Source of the DNA: Centroscyllium fabricii
Lineage: Eukaryota
Length of the DNA: 64,000 nucleotides
Assembly (NCBI GenBank): GCA_051313645.2
Contig: JBNRSN020000015.1
Span: 105,524,001 to 105,588,000 of the forward strand
Direction of reading: 5' to 3'
The position numbers and the translations under genes are program-made. Shown one piece after another: positions 36,095 to 48,400 of the stretch; positions within the stretch are counted from its first letter, which is position 1, and each line of letters starts with the position of its first letter. Below the pieces are notes generated by a model. It saw only the letters and a program-made list of their open reading frames with translations, was not told the DNA's origin and made no database searches.

Positions 36095-39000
36095 TGTGGC
36101 GGCACGCCCACTGGGACACCGAATCCGCCACGGGAACTCCGCGGAGCAGAGCCCCGCTCATCCGGGTGACGCGACGACGTCACCACGTCTGCCTGCGTGA
36201 TGACGTCACCAACGGCAGGCAGTTTAAATAAGCTTGTTGCGAGTGGTTCACTCTCGTTTCTGTTTAACTCTTATGCATTAAACAAGTGTTTTCTCTAGCT
36301 CTCTGGCTCACGCGTGGTTTCTAGGCCTTGCTGGCGCTACAGTGGTGACCCCGACGAGATCAATGTGGACGTGGTCAAAGCGTCTGGCCGGCACTTTAAA
36401 TGTTTCCAGCGGTGCCCTGATGTGCTTGTGCACTTTGGAGCGCTGGCAGGCAATGCAGGCGTTGGCCCAGGCGCGGACGTCTTTGCGCAGGCCGCGCCAT
36501 ACGAACCGGGCCGAGATAAGTTTAATGGACGCGCGGGTGCCGGGGTGGGACAGGTCATGGAGGGTCTTGAAAATGTGTCACCTCCAAGCGTGGGGGACAA
36601 CGGGCCTGGGCTGCGGCAGGGACACGTCGCAGCAGACGACGGTGGCAGCGGGGCCGTGCGCGATATTGGCCAAGTGGAGGCCGGGGAGATTTGCTGCTGA
36701 GTTGAGCAGGTCAGGGTCGGCCAGCTGGTCAGCGGCCAGCTGGGCGTAATCGACCGCCATTTGGGCGGCGTTAATGGTGGGGCGTGAGAGGCAGTCAGCG
36801 ACCACGTTGTCGCGGCCGGAGATATGCTGAATGTCGGTCGTAAATTCCGACACGGCCGCGAGTTGGCGCTGCTGCCTGGCCGACCAGGGTTCGGCGACCT
36901 TAGCCATCACGAAGGTGAGTGGCTTATGGTCGACGAAGGCTGTGAAGTGGCGGCCCTCCAGGAGGAAGCGAAAATGTCGCACTGCCAGATGGAGAGCGAG
37001 GAGCTCCCTATCGAAGGCGCTGTACTTGACCTCTGGGGGCCGGAGTTGCCGGCTGAAAAAGGCCAGGGGCTGCCACGAGTTGCCGGTCCACTGCTCAAAT
37101 ACGGCCCCGACCGCGTGGTCGGAGGCGTCGGTGGTGAGGGCTACTCTGGCATTGGGCCTAGGGTGGGCTAGGAGGGTGGCGTTAGCCAGGGCGGTTTTAG
37201 TTGCGGTGAAGGCGGTGGCGGCGTCGGCCGTCCACTCAACCGCAGCCTTGTTCGACTGCCCGCGAGTGGCCTGGTATAAGGGGGCCATGAGAGCGGCTGC
37301 TCCCGGGATAAAGCGGTTATAAAAATTGACCATCCCCAGAAATTCCTGCAGCCCCTTAATGGAGTGCGGGCGGGGAAATTCCTGGACCGCCTGCACCTTG
37401 GAGGGCAGGGGTATGGCCCCGGTTTGGGAAATGCGGTGGCCGAGAAAGTCAATGGTTTGGAGGCCGAATTTACACTTGGTAGGGCTTAATATTAGGCCGT
37501 GTTCGACCAGGCACTGGAACAGGGTCCTGAGGTGCAGGAGGTGTTCCTGGGGGGAGGTGCTGGCCACGAGGATGTCGTCTAAGTAGACGAAGATGAACTT
37601 CAGGTCCCGTAGGACCGAGTCCATGAGGCGCTGGAAGGCCTGGGCCGCGTTTTTAAGGCCGAAGGGCACCCTGAGAAACTCGAAGAGTCCAAAGGGAGTG
37701 ATAACGGCCGTTTTAGGAATGTCCGCCGGGTGCACCGGAACCTGGTGGTAGCCACGCACCAGGTCGATTTTGGAGAAGATCGTGCAGCCCGCTAATCTGG
37801 CAGAAAAATCCTGGATGTGGGGTACGGGGTACCTATCCGGGGTGGTGGCGTTGTTTAGGCGGCGGTAGTCGCCACAGGGGCGCCAACCCCCGTCCGGCTT
37901 GGGGGCTATGTGGAGAGGAGAGGCCCAGGGGCTGTTGGAGCGGCGGATTATACCGAGTTGCTCCATGGTGCGGAACTCGGTGCGCGCAATCTCCTGTTTG
38001 GCCGGGTCAAGCCTACGGGCGTGGGCATGGACGGTAGGGCCTGTGGTAGTTATAAAATGTTCCACCCCGTGTTTGGCCTGGCGGGCGGTGAACGTGGGGT
38101 TGGTTAGGGCGGGGAACTCTGCTAGGAGTGTGCCGTAGGCATCGGAGTTCCGAGAGCGGCATTGGGCGGCCGCGTGGGCCAGGAGTGCGGGCCCTGTGAA
38201 GCATGGGATGGTCGACATGTTATTCATGTTGACCAAGCGGCGCCGGGTCATATCGACCAGCAGGCCGTAGGCGCAGAGGAAATCTGCTCCGAGGAGGGGT
38301 GAAGTGACCTGCGCTGTGACAAAGTCCCAGGTGTACCTGTGGCTTGCAAGCGTAATCGTGAGTTTGCGGGTGCCGTACGTTTTGATATTGGAGCCATTGG
38401 CCGCTGCGAGTGGCGGGCCCCGGGTGCCTTGTTTGGTTTCTGCAGGGGAGGCTGGCACGATGCTGTGCTGTGCGCCTGTGTCGCAGAGGAATTGGAGGCC
38501 TGTGCCGCTGTCTGTAACAAAGAGCAGTGCTCCTGTGTGTCCTACAGACATAGTGGGGGCTGAGGTGGGCCGTGGCTTAAATGCGCATGGCTCGACGCAG
38601 CGGTGCGCTTTGCTATCGAACCGCGTGTGGTAGTAGCACCAGCTGGTGCTAGAGGGACGCGGTTGCCTCGGTGGGCGCGGGGCCCTAGTTTCAGGCATGA
38701 AGTTGGCCCTGGGGGGCGATTGGTTGCGCTCTATGGATGCGGAGTTAGGGTCGCACGTGGTTGAGCGGGTGCGCTGTGCCTCCATGAGCCTGTCGGCCTC
38801 CTCAGCGAGCTCGTCGTTGCTCCGCTGGCCGAGGGCCGGCCAAGGCCGGCCTGATGGAGCGGGGTAGTTTGAGGAGGAAAACGGTGCGGAACAGGGAGGC
38901 GGGATTGGCGGTGAGCGCTTGCATCTGACGTAAAAGGTCTGATGGGTCTGCGTCCCCGAGTTCGGGGAGGTCAAGGAGCTGGCAGTCGCGCTCGAATTGA

Positions 39001-39502
39001 GAGGGGGTAAAAAAAATTATGAGCGCGGTCTTAAGCGATTCGTACCTGCCTGTAGTGGGCACACGTTATAGCGGGCGAGACGACAGTCCCCGCACAACCA
39101 CCGCAACGCGGACGCCCTCCCGCAACAACACCCGCCCACACTCCACCGCAGAACCAGAAGCAACATGCAACACGGGCCGGCCGCATCATCCGGCCACCCC
39201 AACGGCTCACATAGACACTTTTATATTACTCCCGGATGGATTCTGGGGGGAGCTGTGTGGCGGCACGCCCACTGGGACACCGAATCCGCCACGGGAACTC
39301 CGCGGAGCAGAGCCCCGCTCATCCGGGTGACGCGACGACGTCACCACGTCTGCCTGCGTGATGACGTCACCAATGGCGGGCAGTTTAAATAAGCTTGTTG
39401 CGAGTGGTTCACTCTCTTTCCTGTTTAACTCTTATGCATTAAACAAGTGTTTTCTCTAGCTCTCTGGCTCACGCGTGGTTTCTAGGCCTTGCTGGCGCTA
39501 CA
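36095..39502 (+). mobile_element. CsRn1-clade Gypsy element with an inverted, deleted internal region
   Basis: 247-bp LTRs 36095-36341 and 39256-39502 (4 differences); TSD ATAA; PBS TGGTGACCCCGACG at 36343 and PPT near 39245 on the plus strand; gag-pol on the minus strand. Confidence 0.93.
36350..39062 (-). pseudogene. Partial gag-protease-RT-RNase H-integrase zinc finger, antisense to the LTRs
   Basis: [18 protein letters not shown] (CHCC), DTGA, YLDD, TDAS; frameshift near 38815; stop at 36578; ends at HVHIDLVG. Confidence 0.92.
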
Positions 39503-39759
39503 ATAAACTATTAATCTTAACTGTCAAACTATAGAGTAGTATAAATACTCACCTGGCCGCACTCACCCAATCAGCTGCATCCACCTGCCCACATCACCTT
39601 TTGAATCGTGACGCAGCCCAGGAATGCTGTCGCCGGTCTGTGAGATTGGTAAGCCTTGTACCGCCGCTCTCTCCGCTCCCGGCAATGGCCTCAATCAGCG
39701 CCCTTTTCATGTGCCGACGTCACTTTTGACTTCTGACATCACTCTTTGAAAATTCTGCA

Positions 39760-40100
39760 GTGCTGAGTTGGTACCACCGCCGTCGCCTCGCCGCTCCTCG
39801 CAGGTCCGCACTGCCTCCGCTGCTGCTGCTGTTGCGGGGCCTACCTGCGTCTCGGGTTCACTTTATACCTCCACCGCTGCCTCGCTGCTCCTCCCGGGTC
39901 CGCATTGCCTCCGCTGCTGCTGTGGGGCCTACCTGCACCTCGGATTCATCTTATACCGCCGCCACCGCCTCGCCACTCCACCCAGGTCAGCACTGTCGCT
40001 GCCGCTGCTGCTGCTCTGGGGCCTACCTGTGCTTTGGGTTCACTTTATACTGCCGCCACCGCCTCACTGCTCCTCCCAGGTCCACTCTGCCGCCGCTTTG
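39760..40100 (-). repeat. Degenerate GC-rich tandem repeat (about 90-bp units) at the CR1 5' end
   Basis: Recurrent CCGCCGCCACCGCCTC..CAGGTCC..GCTGCTG..GGGGCCTACCTG..GGGTTCACTTTATAC. Confidence 0.8.
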
Positions 40101-40950
40101 AGAAGCTGTTAACAGGCAGTTAATTGGCTCTAATCCCCTTCCCGCCTCCAGGGTCCCTGCATGAGTCGGGGATCCGCCTCCCGGGAAAAATGTTTGGAGG
40201 CGAGTTGGGAGTGGGGTTGGCACCTGCTTCCAATGTTTCCCATTTTCCCATCAATTCTGCCTCCAAACCTGCCTCCTCAGGGCTGGTAAAATCCAGCCCT
40301 GAGAGTGGTAACTTGGTGCAGTTTGATTAATACAGCTGAAAATGGCTTTATCACAAAACATACGCATTTTAATCAGTGTCAATCCACCACCTGTGATTAG
40401 CCTGATTTTAAATGACTAAAAATTACTTTTAAAACATATACAGAACCATTTGCTAATTATATATGGGTACAGTAGTCAGTTTCTAACTAAATTAAAAAAA
40501 AATAACTTTAAAAAGCTTTTAAATCGTGCCTATTAGTGTCCTTGTGCCCAAAAGAACCAGCTGAATTTTTCAGCACCTCCGCTAAGGCCTGTAAATGAGC
40601 ATAATTGCAAAAACTCCCAAGGTTAACTCATTCATCCTGAGGGCTTGGCCAGTTTTGTGGGCGGGGCTGGATTCTAGTGCGATTTTTAAAATACTAGCAC
40701 AAAAACCGAGGAAACTCTATTTGCGTTGAATGTAATTTGTGCTTAAAATTGACCGATTCTGAGCAAATTGCGCTGAAAAAACCAGCACAACCAAAGGGGA
40801 AACTCTACCCCAGGATATTTAGCAAAATTATGCAAGATGATGGGAACAAAATACAGGTACCATGCACAAAATACTGGCACATGAGCTCGAATATTAATTG
40901 TAAAAATTAGAAGTGTATAATCATGAAATTGTGAACTGTAGATATATATA

Positions 40951-41655
40951 GAGCCAGAATTTGCTGTCGCGAGAAATCTAATGGTGTATGGTGATGGTTA
41001 GTCCTGCCCTAGCACGTTGCCCACAAAGCTGCTGAAAGTGTGAGCTGATAATGTCGCAGTAAGGGAAACAGGGTATCTGGGATCTGAGTGAACAGGACAA
41101 CCAACCGGGCTTCTCTTTAACCAATGAGATTTAACGATTGGGAAATAAACCCTGGAAGGACTGAGAAGTGAATAAAAGGAGGTGAATTCAATGTCAAATC
41201 GGGTAAATAAAGGGAGGGAAAGAAAGATAGGATTAAGAGAGAGAGAGAGAGACAAAAGAGACAAAAAGAAAAAGTAAATTTGACGTTTTTAAAATCTCCC
41301 CGAAAAATTCAAAACCTGAAGGAATGCGACTCTACACTTGCAATTTTTGGTTCCAGGGGGATTGATTGGCAGTAGTTAACACTCATTACTTTGTTAAAAG
41401 AGTACTTAGGCTTATAATGACAGGACTTAACTTTCTGTGGAGGGATTAATGGGCAAATACAACAGGTTTTTAAAAAGAATGGGGAGGCCAAGGACGAGAT
41501 GCCATTTTTGCAAAGCAACGCAACTCAGAAAGCAACTTTTAGATATTCACATTTAACCGTGCATCTGCTCCTAGCATGGAGTTGCTGCTCCAGTTATGCA
41601 TAAATAATGGTGATGCCATTTGCCTTGCCATTATTTTGACAGAAAATTCTGGCCA
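40951..41655. mobile_element. Harbinger-type MITE (decayed)
   Basis: GCCAGAATTTGCTGTC / GACAGAAAATTCTGGC inverted termini. Confidence 0.7.
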
Positions 41656-42678
41656 TTATCTCGTTATGTAGGTTGCAAGAGGAACAAAAAGAACAAGTTG
41701 AGGGTGATGCTAGTGGTATAATGTCACCACTTACCCATCTTGAAAGGAGTTAAAGAATATTCCCCCCCCAAAAAAGCACCCCCCATGTCTAACCTAAGAT
41801 AATAAATATATGACACAACACTGAAGAATTGGGAGGGGGGGCGGTGATATTTTAAAAGCGCACCATCTGCATGAAAAAATATTTGCAAAACTCTTTTTGT
41901 GTTTGTTTATAAACTTACAATGCATTGATGTTATGTGAAGTTGCCATTCTCCTCAAACAAAAGTTTTGGTCAGTATTCAACTACAGCTGGGCAGTGGGAA
42001 AGACTGTTAATGTTACTTGGACCTTTGGGATGTCTGGGGCCAAAAGCTTTTTTCAAAATACAAGATAGAAGGACCAGGAGAAATGTATACTGCTCTAACA
42101 TATCTATTTGATCATGTTGCACTTGATACCTATTTATGAATTCCAATCGATTTACAGTTGAGAAAATAACTATCAAAGAAGTCGACTGATTGAATCACAA
42201 GAACTAACTATTCAAAGTTGGTCAGATCAACAATGTTGCATCTCAAATATGTTATTGCTTTCCTTAGAGTTTTATGATATGGCATTAATGTTGTAATAGC
42301 TGAAATCTGTTTCCAGCTCAGGAACAGTAAAGAGGAACAGTTGTTCTGGGGTCTGAGAAATTCGTAATTCTCTCACCTTACAAGTTGAGTGCAACATGGT
42401 CAATTAAAAAAAAACATGCCTTTGCTAGGAAACTACTATTTCAATTTTTACTGCAATATTCAATTAAATTTGTAGTATACAGGCCATTATCATTAGTGTT
42501 CCTAATTTATATAACAGTCCCGACTCACTTATCAGGTCAAACAACAAGTTTTGCCACTGGATAGTTTGGTGTGAATCTCAGCTTGGGGATAAACGCCGAT
42601 TCAGTTGTTGTTTATGCAGTTCATGTGGAAAAAAATGTGTGGATGAGTTTGAATGATTTTAGATATCTAAAATTCAAA

Positions 42679-43558
42679 GGGCAGGATTTTCCTGAAGGTG
42701 TGTGGAATGGGTGGGATCCCCACTGATCACCCTGTCTTCCCACTTTTTGAAGGGTGTGGAATCCCCATGCTATTTTGGCTTAATTGGCCAATTAATTCCC
42801 AGAGTGTGGGTAGATCATAGCAATTGAGAGATTTTGCCTAGAAACTGGGCGGGCTTTGACCTGTGTGAGCAGCAGAGCCTATGATTGGTAGCTGTGCTGA
42901 GAGGCTTGGTGTTTCTCACTCTGTGGTTTCAGGGCATTATGATGTCATAATGCTATGTCAACAGATGAAACCACAACTCTAAGAGTGACAGCTTTAAATA
43001 GGCTGTTTCTGTTTGTTTCTGGTTTCAGTGGAATGTAAACAGAAACTGACCCACTGGGTGATTGACACTTTGCTTTGTAGACACAGCTCACAGTGTGTTG
43101 TCTGTGAGTGAGTGGGATGCAGAAGTCAGGTAAGTGAGTTTAAGTTCTTTGGGCACTGAAGTTTGGCACCCTTGGGTTTCAGTTACACCTCCAGCATGGT
43201 GGAGGCTAGCAAGCTGCTGTGTGGCTGCTGTTTCCCATGCCTTGAAGGTGGCAGCCACCCAGCCGATTGGGTGCCCACCAGCTTTCAACGGCAGTGTTCC
43301 AACCAGGCGGGTTCTGGGTGGGAAGATGGTCAAAGTAGCTCGTTAAGCTCATTACCAATGCCAATTAAGGGCTCCTAATGAGCTTAACGAGCATCCCCAC
43401 CGATGCCGGGCGTGACTAAGGCAGGCCGACCGGACCCGCCGGGTGAAACTGACAAGCGGGCAGGAAGGCAGCGGGAGGGGTCGCGGACCACCATTTCTGC
43501 TATATTTGTTGCAGTCCCACCCAGAAACCCGCCTCACGGCCCGTGGAAAGTCCTGCTC
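42679..43558. mobile_element. Harbinger-type MITE
   Basis: TIRs GGGCAGGATTTTCC / GAGCAGGACTTTCC; TSD AAA. Confidence 0.85.
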
Positions 43559-43639
43559 AAAGTTTCCATAAAGATGATATAGTCTGATGTGCACCGCCTC
43601 CCACCCCCCGCCCCACTCCACCTCCATTTGCCAGCAGCC

Positions 43640-43860
43640 CAGGCCCACACTCTGAATTTCCCTCACTGAAATCTCTTTGCCTTTACATGTCCCTCTCATT
43701 GTTTAAGACCCTCCTTAAAACCAACCTCTTTGACCAACCCTTTTGACCACCCCCTCCTGAAAACCCCTTTTTTGGCTCAATGTCCCATTTTATCATCACC
43801 CCGCCACTCCAGGATGTCTTTCTACATTAAGTGCATGCTGTTGTAGTAGTAGTTGTCATT
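43640..43860 (+). mobile_element. L2 LINE 3' remnant
   Basis: TTTAAGACCCTCCTTAAAACCAACCTCTTTGACCAA; decayed short-repeat tail. Confidence 0.6.
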
Positions 43861-43998
43861 GTAATAGTTATCTAGCATGAAGCACCCCATTGGAGACCAA
43901 AATGTTACATTTTATTAAAAACATTTTATCAAGCCCTGCTGTTTTGTAGCAGCAAGCAGGCATATAGAAAATACAAAGGACAACAATGGAGATATCCT

Positions 43999-44747
43999 GG
44001 GGGGGATTTTCATGTCCTCGTGAGGCGGGGTTTTTGGCGGCTCGGCCGGCAAAATAGCGCAACCAGTGGGTCGTGACACCCCCACCCCCCGCCATATCCC
44101 CGCCACTTTATCATTTTTCCCCGCCCTGATTCCCCGCCCCGAAACCTTCCCACCGCCAGCCAGCGGGGATGGGTTGTCAGCTCGTTAAGGGCCCTTAATT
44201 GGCATGTTTAATGCCATTTTAAGGGCCCTCAGCCATTTTGAGCTGTTTCCCGCCCTAACCCCAGGTTATTACTTTCTCCTTCAAGGTGTGAAGGACATGC
44301 TGCCAAATGCTTGGCATGCCTCTAGCACCTTAGAGGAGTAAGTTATTCTGTGCTGTCTGCACCAGCTGTGAGCAAAAACTGAGAAATCTCAGCTTTGCAC
44401 ATTTGCTCACAGCCAGTGCGAGCTATCAAGGATTCTGAGCCTGCCTGCCCACCTGCCAGTCACCAGCACTTGACCTTTCCCATTGGTTCCACTCAACTGT
44501 GATGTCACAGTGGAGTGTTTCCATGGGAACTGTCAACAACCAGTGCTGGAACTGTCAATCAAACTCCTCGCAGCCCCGCTGGAGCCCGACTCGATTGAGT
44601 TAATTACCACCCGCAGCCGCCGGCGTGGATTTAACAACTCAATTAAATTAAAATTGCATGGCCTTCCCAGCTGTTTGGGTGGGCGGGACAGGAAGCGGCC
44701 CAGACCAATCCCCACCAGGTTCCCGCGCTTCCGGCAAAGTCACCCCC
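43999..44747 (-). mobile_element. Family B MITE (copy 2)
   Basis: Reverse complement of 24584-25392; TSD not preserved. Confidence 0.88.
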
Positions 44748-44974
44748 GTAGTTTCGATACTTTGCCAATACAAAATAAGCTCATGTGGCTGCAAAATCAA
44801 ATTAAGCTTCCTTAATATTCCACACACTGACACTTTCTCCACATAACTGGCAAAACTGCAGATATTTGGTTCATCTAGGTTTGGAATGTGCAACGCTTAA
44901 TTGAAATGGTCCAACAAAGATTTTGGAAAGCACATTTTGCAGATCTGGACATAAAGGCCATGTTCAGTAAACAC

Positions 44975-45322
44975 ACAGAAGCACAGCAGCAGGAGTAGGC
45001 CATTCAGTCCTTTGAGCCTGCTCTGCCATTTTTGATGAGATCATGGCTGATCATCCAAACCCAGCACCACCCTCCTACCCATATCACCCGACACCCAAAA
45101 CTCTAACTCACACACATACACATGGGCAATTTTTTTAGTATCTCCAATTCACCTAACCTGCATGTCTGGGTGATGGGAGGAAACCGGAGTACCCGGAGGA
45201 AACCCATATGAACACGGGGAGAACATGCAATCTCCACGCAGAGAGGTCCCGGGCCAAGCAGGATTCGAACCCAGGAGCTCCTTATTGCGAGGCAGCAGTG
45301 CTAACCACTGCGCCACCGTGTC
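44975..45322 (-). mobile_element. Divergent V-SINE with CR1-derived 3'UTR
   Basis: CACGGTGGCGCAGTGGTTAGCACTGCTGCCTC..GGGTTCGAATCC; V-domain; CR1 tail. Confidence 0.8.
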
Positions 45323-45425
45323 GTAGCTTTGCTAAAGTACTTGGTGTCCAGACCCAACTTATTTGTTATGTATCTGTTCTTGGGATATGTGCAACACTGG
45401 CAAGCCAACATTTATTGCCCACCCT

Positions 45426-48400
45426 TGACGTATCGTCAATACCTTCGATTAAAAGAGTCGACGAGTAGTTACCGAAACTAAAGGCTTTTAATTGCTAAGA
45501 ACGGAGCTACCCTCCGGAACGAACTTCTGTACAGGAATGAGGAGCCTCGGTCAGATCTCACCTATAATGGGGCCTCACCTGGGGGAGGAGTTGGAGGTGT
45601 GGCTGACCTGGCTCCCAACGGTGTCACAGTATACAGGGCTGTGCCTAACATCTGCACAGCCCATTATTAGCCATAATAATACAGTGGTAATGTTAACACG
45701 AAAGGGTTACCACATTCACCCCTTCTTGAAAATTTTAAGTCTGGGGGTGGGGGGGGTGAATGGGTCGAACAGTTCATGATAAGTCTGTCTGGCGGTCGTG
45801 TCTGCCTGGAGGACCGCCGGCGTTCCGGTGTTGATGGTGGTGCCTCCTGGTTAGAATCGCCCGCATCTGCCAGTGCTGTGGCTTCAGGTGGCGATGGACT
45901 CGGCTGGTCCCCGCCGTCCGGGTCATAGTTCAGTGCAGGCCACTGCAGGGGACATCGTGTGTCTGGTGGTTGGTCGGCCTGCTGGCCGGCCGGGGGCTCT
46001 GCGGTGGTGCTTCCTGCGGGAGCCAGGTCCCTGATGGACACGGTGTCCTCACGCCCGTCCGGGAACTGCACGAATGCATAGTGGGGGTTCGCGTGTAGGA
46101 GCTGTACCTTGTCCACCAGGGGGTCTGTCTTGTGGCTCCGGACATGCCATCTAAGCAAAACCGGCTCCGGAGTCGTCAGCCATGGAGGAAGAGCTGTCCC
46201 CGAAGTCGACCTCCTGTTGAAAGAGAAAATCAGATCGTGCGGGGTGGCGTTAGTAGCAGTACATAATAGAGAGCGTATAGAGTGCAGCGCGTCTGGGAGG
46301 ACCGCCTGCCATTGGGACACTGGAAGGCCTCTGGACTTGAGAGCCAGGGTGACCGCCTTCCAAATGATCCCATTCTCCCTTTCTACCTGGCCGTTCCCCC
46401 GGGGGTTATAACTGGTCGTTCTGCTCGTGGCAACCCCTCTCTGGAGCAGAAACTGGCGCAGGTCATCGCTCATGAACGATGACCCCCGGTCGCTATGGAT
46501 GTAGCTGGGGAGACCGAAGATGGCGAACAGCGTGGTGAAGTGTTTGATCACCGTTGCGCTCGTCATGTCTGGGCAGGGGAATGCGAAGGGGAAGCGGGAG
46601 AACTCATCCACTACCGTGAGGAAGTATGAGTTGTGGTCGGTGGATGGGAGGGGGCCTTTGAAGTCCACGCTGAGACGTTCAAAGGGGCGGGTGGCCTTAA
46701 TGAGGTGCGCCGTGTCTGGCCGGAAAAAGTGGGGTTTGCACTCGGCGCAGACAGGGCACTCTCGGGTCATAGCCTTGATCTCCGTGATGGAGTAGGGGAG
46801 GCTACGGGACTTGACGAAGTGGGTGAGTCTGGTGACACCCGGGTGGCAAAGGCGGTCGTGGAGTTCCTTCAGCCGGTCTAGCTGGGCACTGGCGCACGTT
46901 CCCCTGGACAGTGCGTCCGGGGGTTCATTGAGTTTACCTGGTCGGTAAAGAATGTCATACTCGTAAGTCGAGAGTTCGATCCGCCACCGCAGGATCTTAT
47001 CATTCTTGATTTTACCCCGTTGTTTATTGTTAAACATAAACGCCACCGACCGTTGGTCGGTGAGCAGGGTAAAACGCTTACCGGCCAGGTAATGACGCCA
47101 GTAGCGCACGGCCTCCACGATGGCCTGGGCCTCCTTTTCCACTGCTGAGTGGCGAGTTTCGGGTCCCTGTAGGGTGCGGGAGAAAAACGCTATGGGCCTG
47201 CCTGCCTGATTCAGGGTGGCAGCAAGGGCAATGTCCGAAGCGTCGCTCTCCACCTGGAAAGGGATGGATTCATCAACAGCGAGCATGGCCGCCTTGATAA
47301 TATCTTCCTTTATCCTTGCGAATGCCGTTTGGGCTTCTACAGAAAGGGGGAAGACGGCAGCCTTGAGGAGTGGTCTAGCCTTATCTGCGAACTGTGGGAC
47401 CCATTGTGCTTAATAGGAGAAAAATCCTAGGCATCTCCTCAAAGCTTTGGGGTTGTGAGGTAGGGGCAGTTCTTGCAGGGGTCGCATACGCTGTGGGTCG
47501 GGGCCGAGGACCCCGTTCTCCACCACGTATCCGAGGATGGCGAGCCGGTCTGTATTAAAGACGCATTTGTCTTTGTTATACGTAAGGTCCAGCTTGTCCG
47601 CCGTGGCGAGGAATTTGGCCAGATTGGCATCGTGGTCCTGCTGGTCGTGGCCGCAGATGGTCACGTTGTCCAGGTAAGGGAAAGTGGCCTGCAAGTCGTT
47701 TTGGTCAACCATACGGTCCGTCTCTCGTTGGAACACTGACACTCCATTGGTCACGCCAAAGGGGACCCGGAGGAAGTGGTAGAGCCGACCGTTCGCCTCG
47801 AAGGCGGTGTAGGGGCGGTCGGCTTTCCGAATCGGGAGCTGATGATACGCCGATTTAAGGTCGATCGTGGAGAACACATTGCACTGGGCGATCTGATTGA
47901 CCATTTCCGAGATGCGGGGAAGGGGGTAGGCGTCGAGCCCGGTGTTGCGGTTGATAGTCTGGCTGTAATCGATAACCAGCCGCTGTTTTTCACCAGACTT
48001 CACCACTACAACTTGGGCGGGCCAGGGGCTGGTGCTGGCTTCAATTATCCCCTCCATCAGCATCCGCCCGACCTCCGACCTGATAAACGTGCGATCCCCC
48101 TCACTGTACCGCCGACTCTTAGTAGCAATGTTTGCACTTCCGATCGAGATTGGCGAACAGCGAGGGGGGATCGATTTTCAGGGTGGAGAGGCCGCAGGCC
48201 GGGCTCCGCTTTGGGAAGAGATTGTCCCGGCTACTGACGGTGAGGAGGGGCAAGGTCCCACCGAACTCCATTGTCACGCTCCTGAAGTGGCACTGGAAGT
48301 CCAAACCTAGTAAGGCTGGGGCACACAACTGCTGGAGGGTATACAATTTAAAATTACGGTACACGCGCCCCTTGACGGTGAGCGTGACGGAGCAGTAGCC

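Larger units (their letters stand above)
26091..40100 (-). mobile_element. Decayed full-length CR1 interrupted by four insertions
   Basis: Tail at 26091; ORF2 pieces 26200-26650, 31093-32944, 34185-34740; ORF1 remnant 34745-35677 (CAMWE..CRKC); 5'UTR to about 40100 with GC-rich repeats. Confidence 0.85.
25880..40299 (-). mobile_element. Family A MITE (copy 3) split into 25880-26090 and 40100-40299
   Basis: Both halves are reverse complements of the two ends of 1521-2350; ends in AAAATCCAGCCC. Confidence 0.78.
25428..40810. mobile_element. MITE with TIR GGGTAGAGTTTC, expanded to 15.4 kb by nested insertions
   Basis: GGGGTAGAGTTTC at 25427 and GAAACTCTACCCC ending at 40811; flanks TAG/CAG; non-coding arms at 25428-25640 and 40300-40810. 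Confidence 0.7.
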
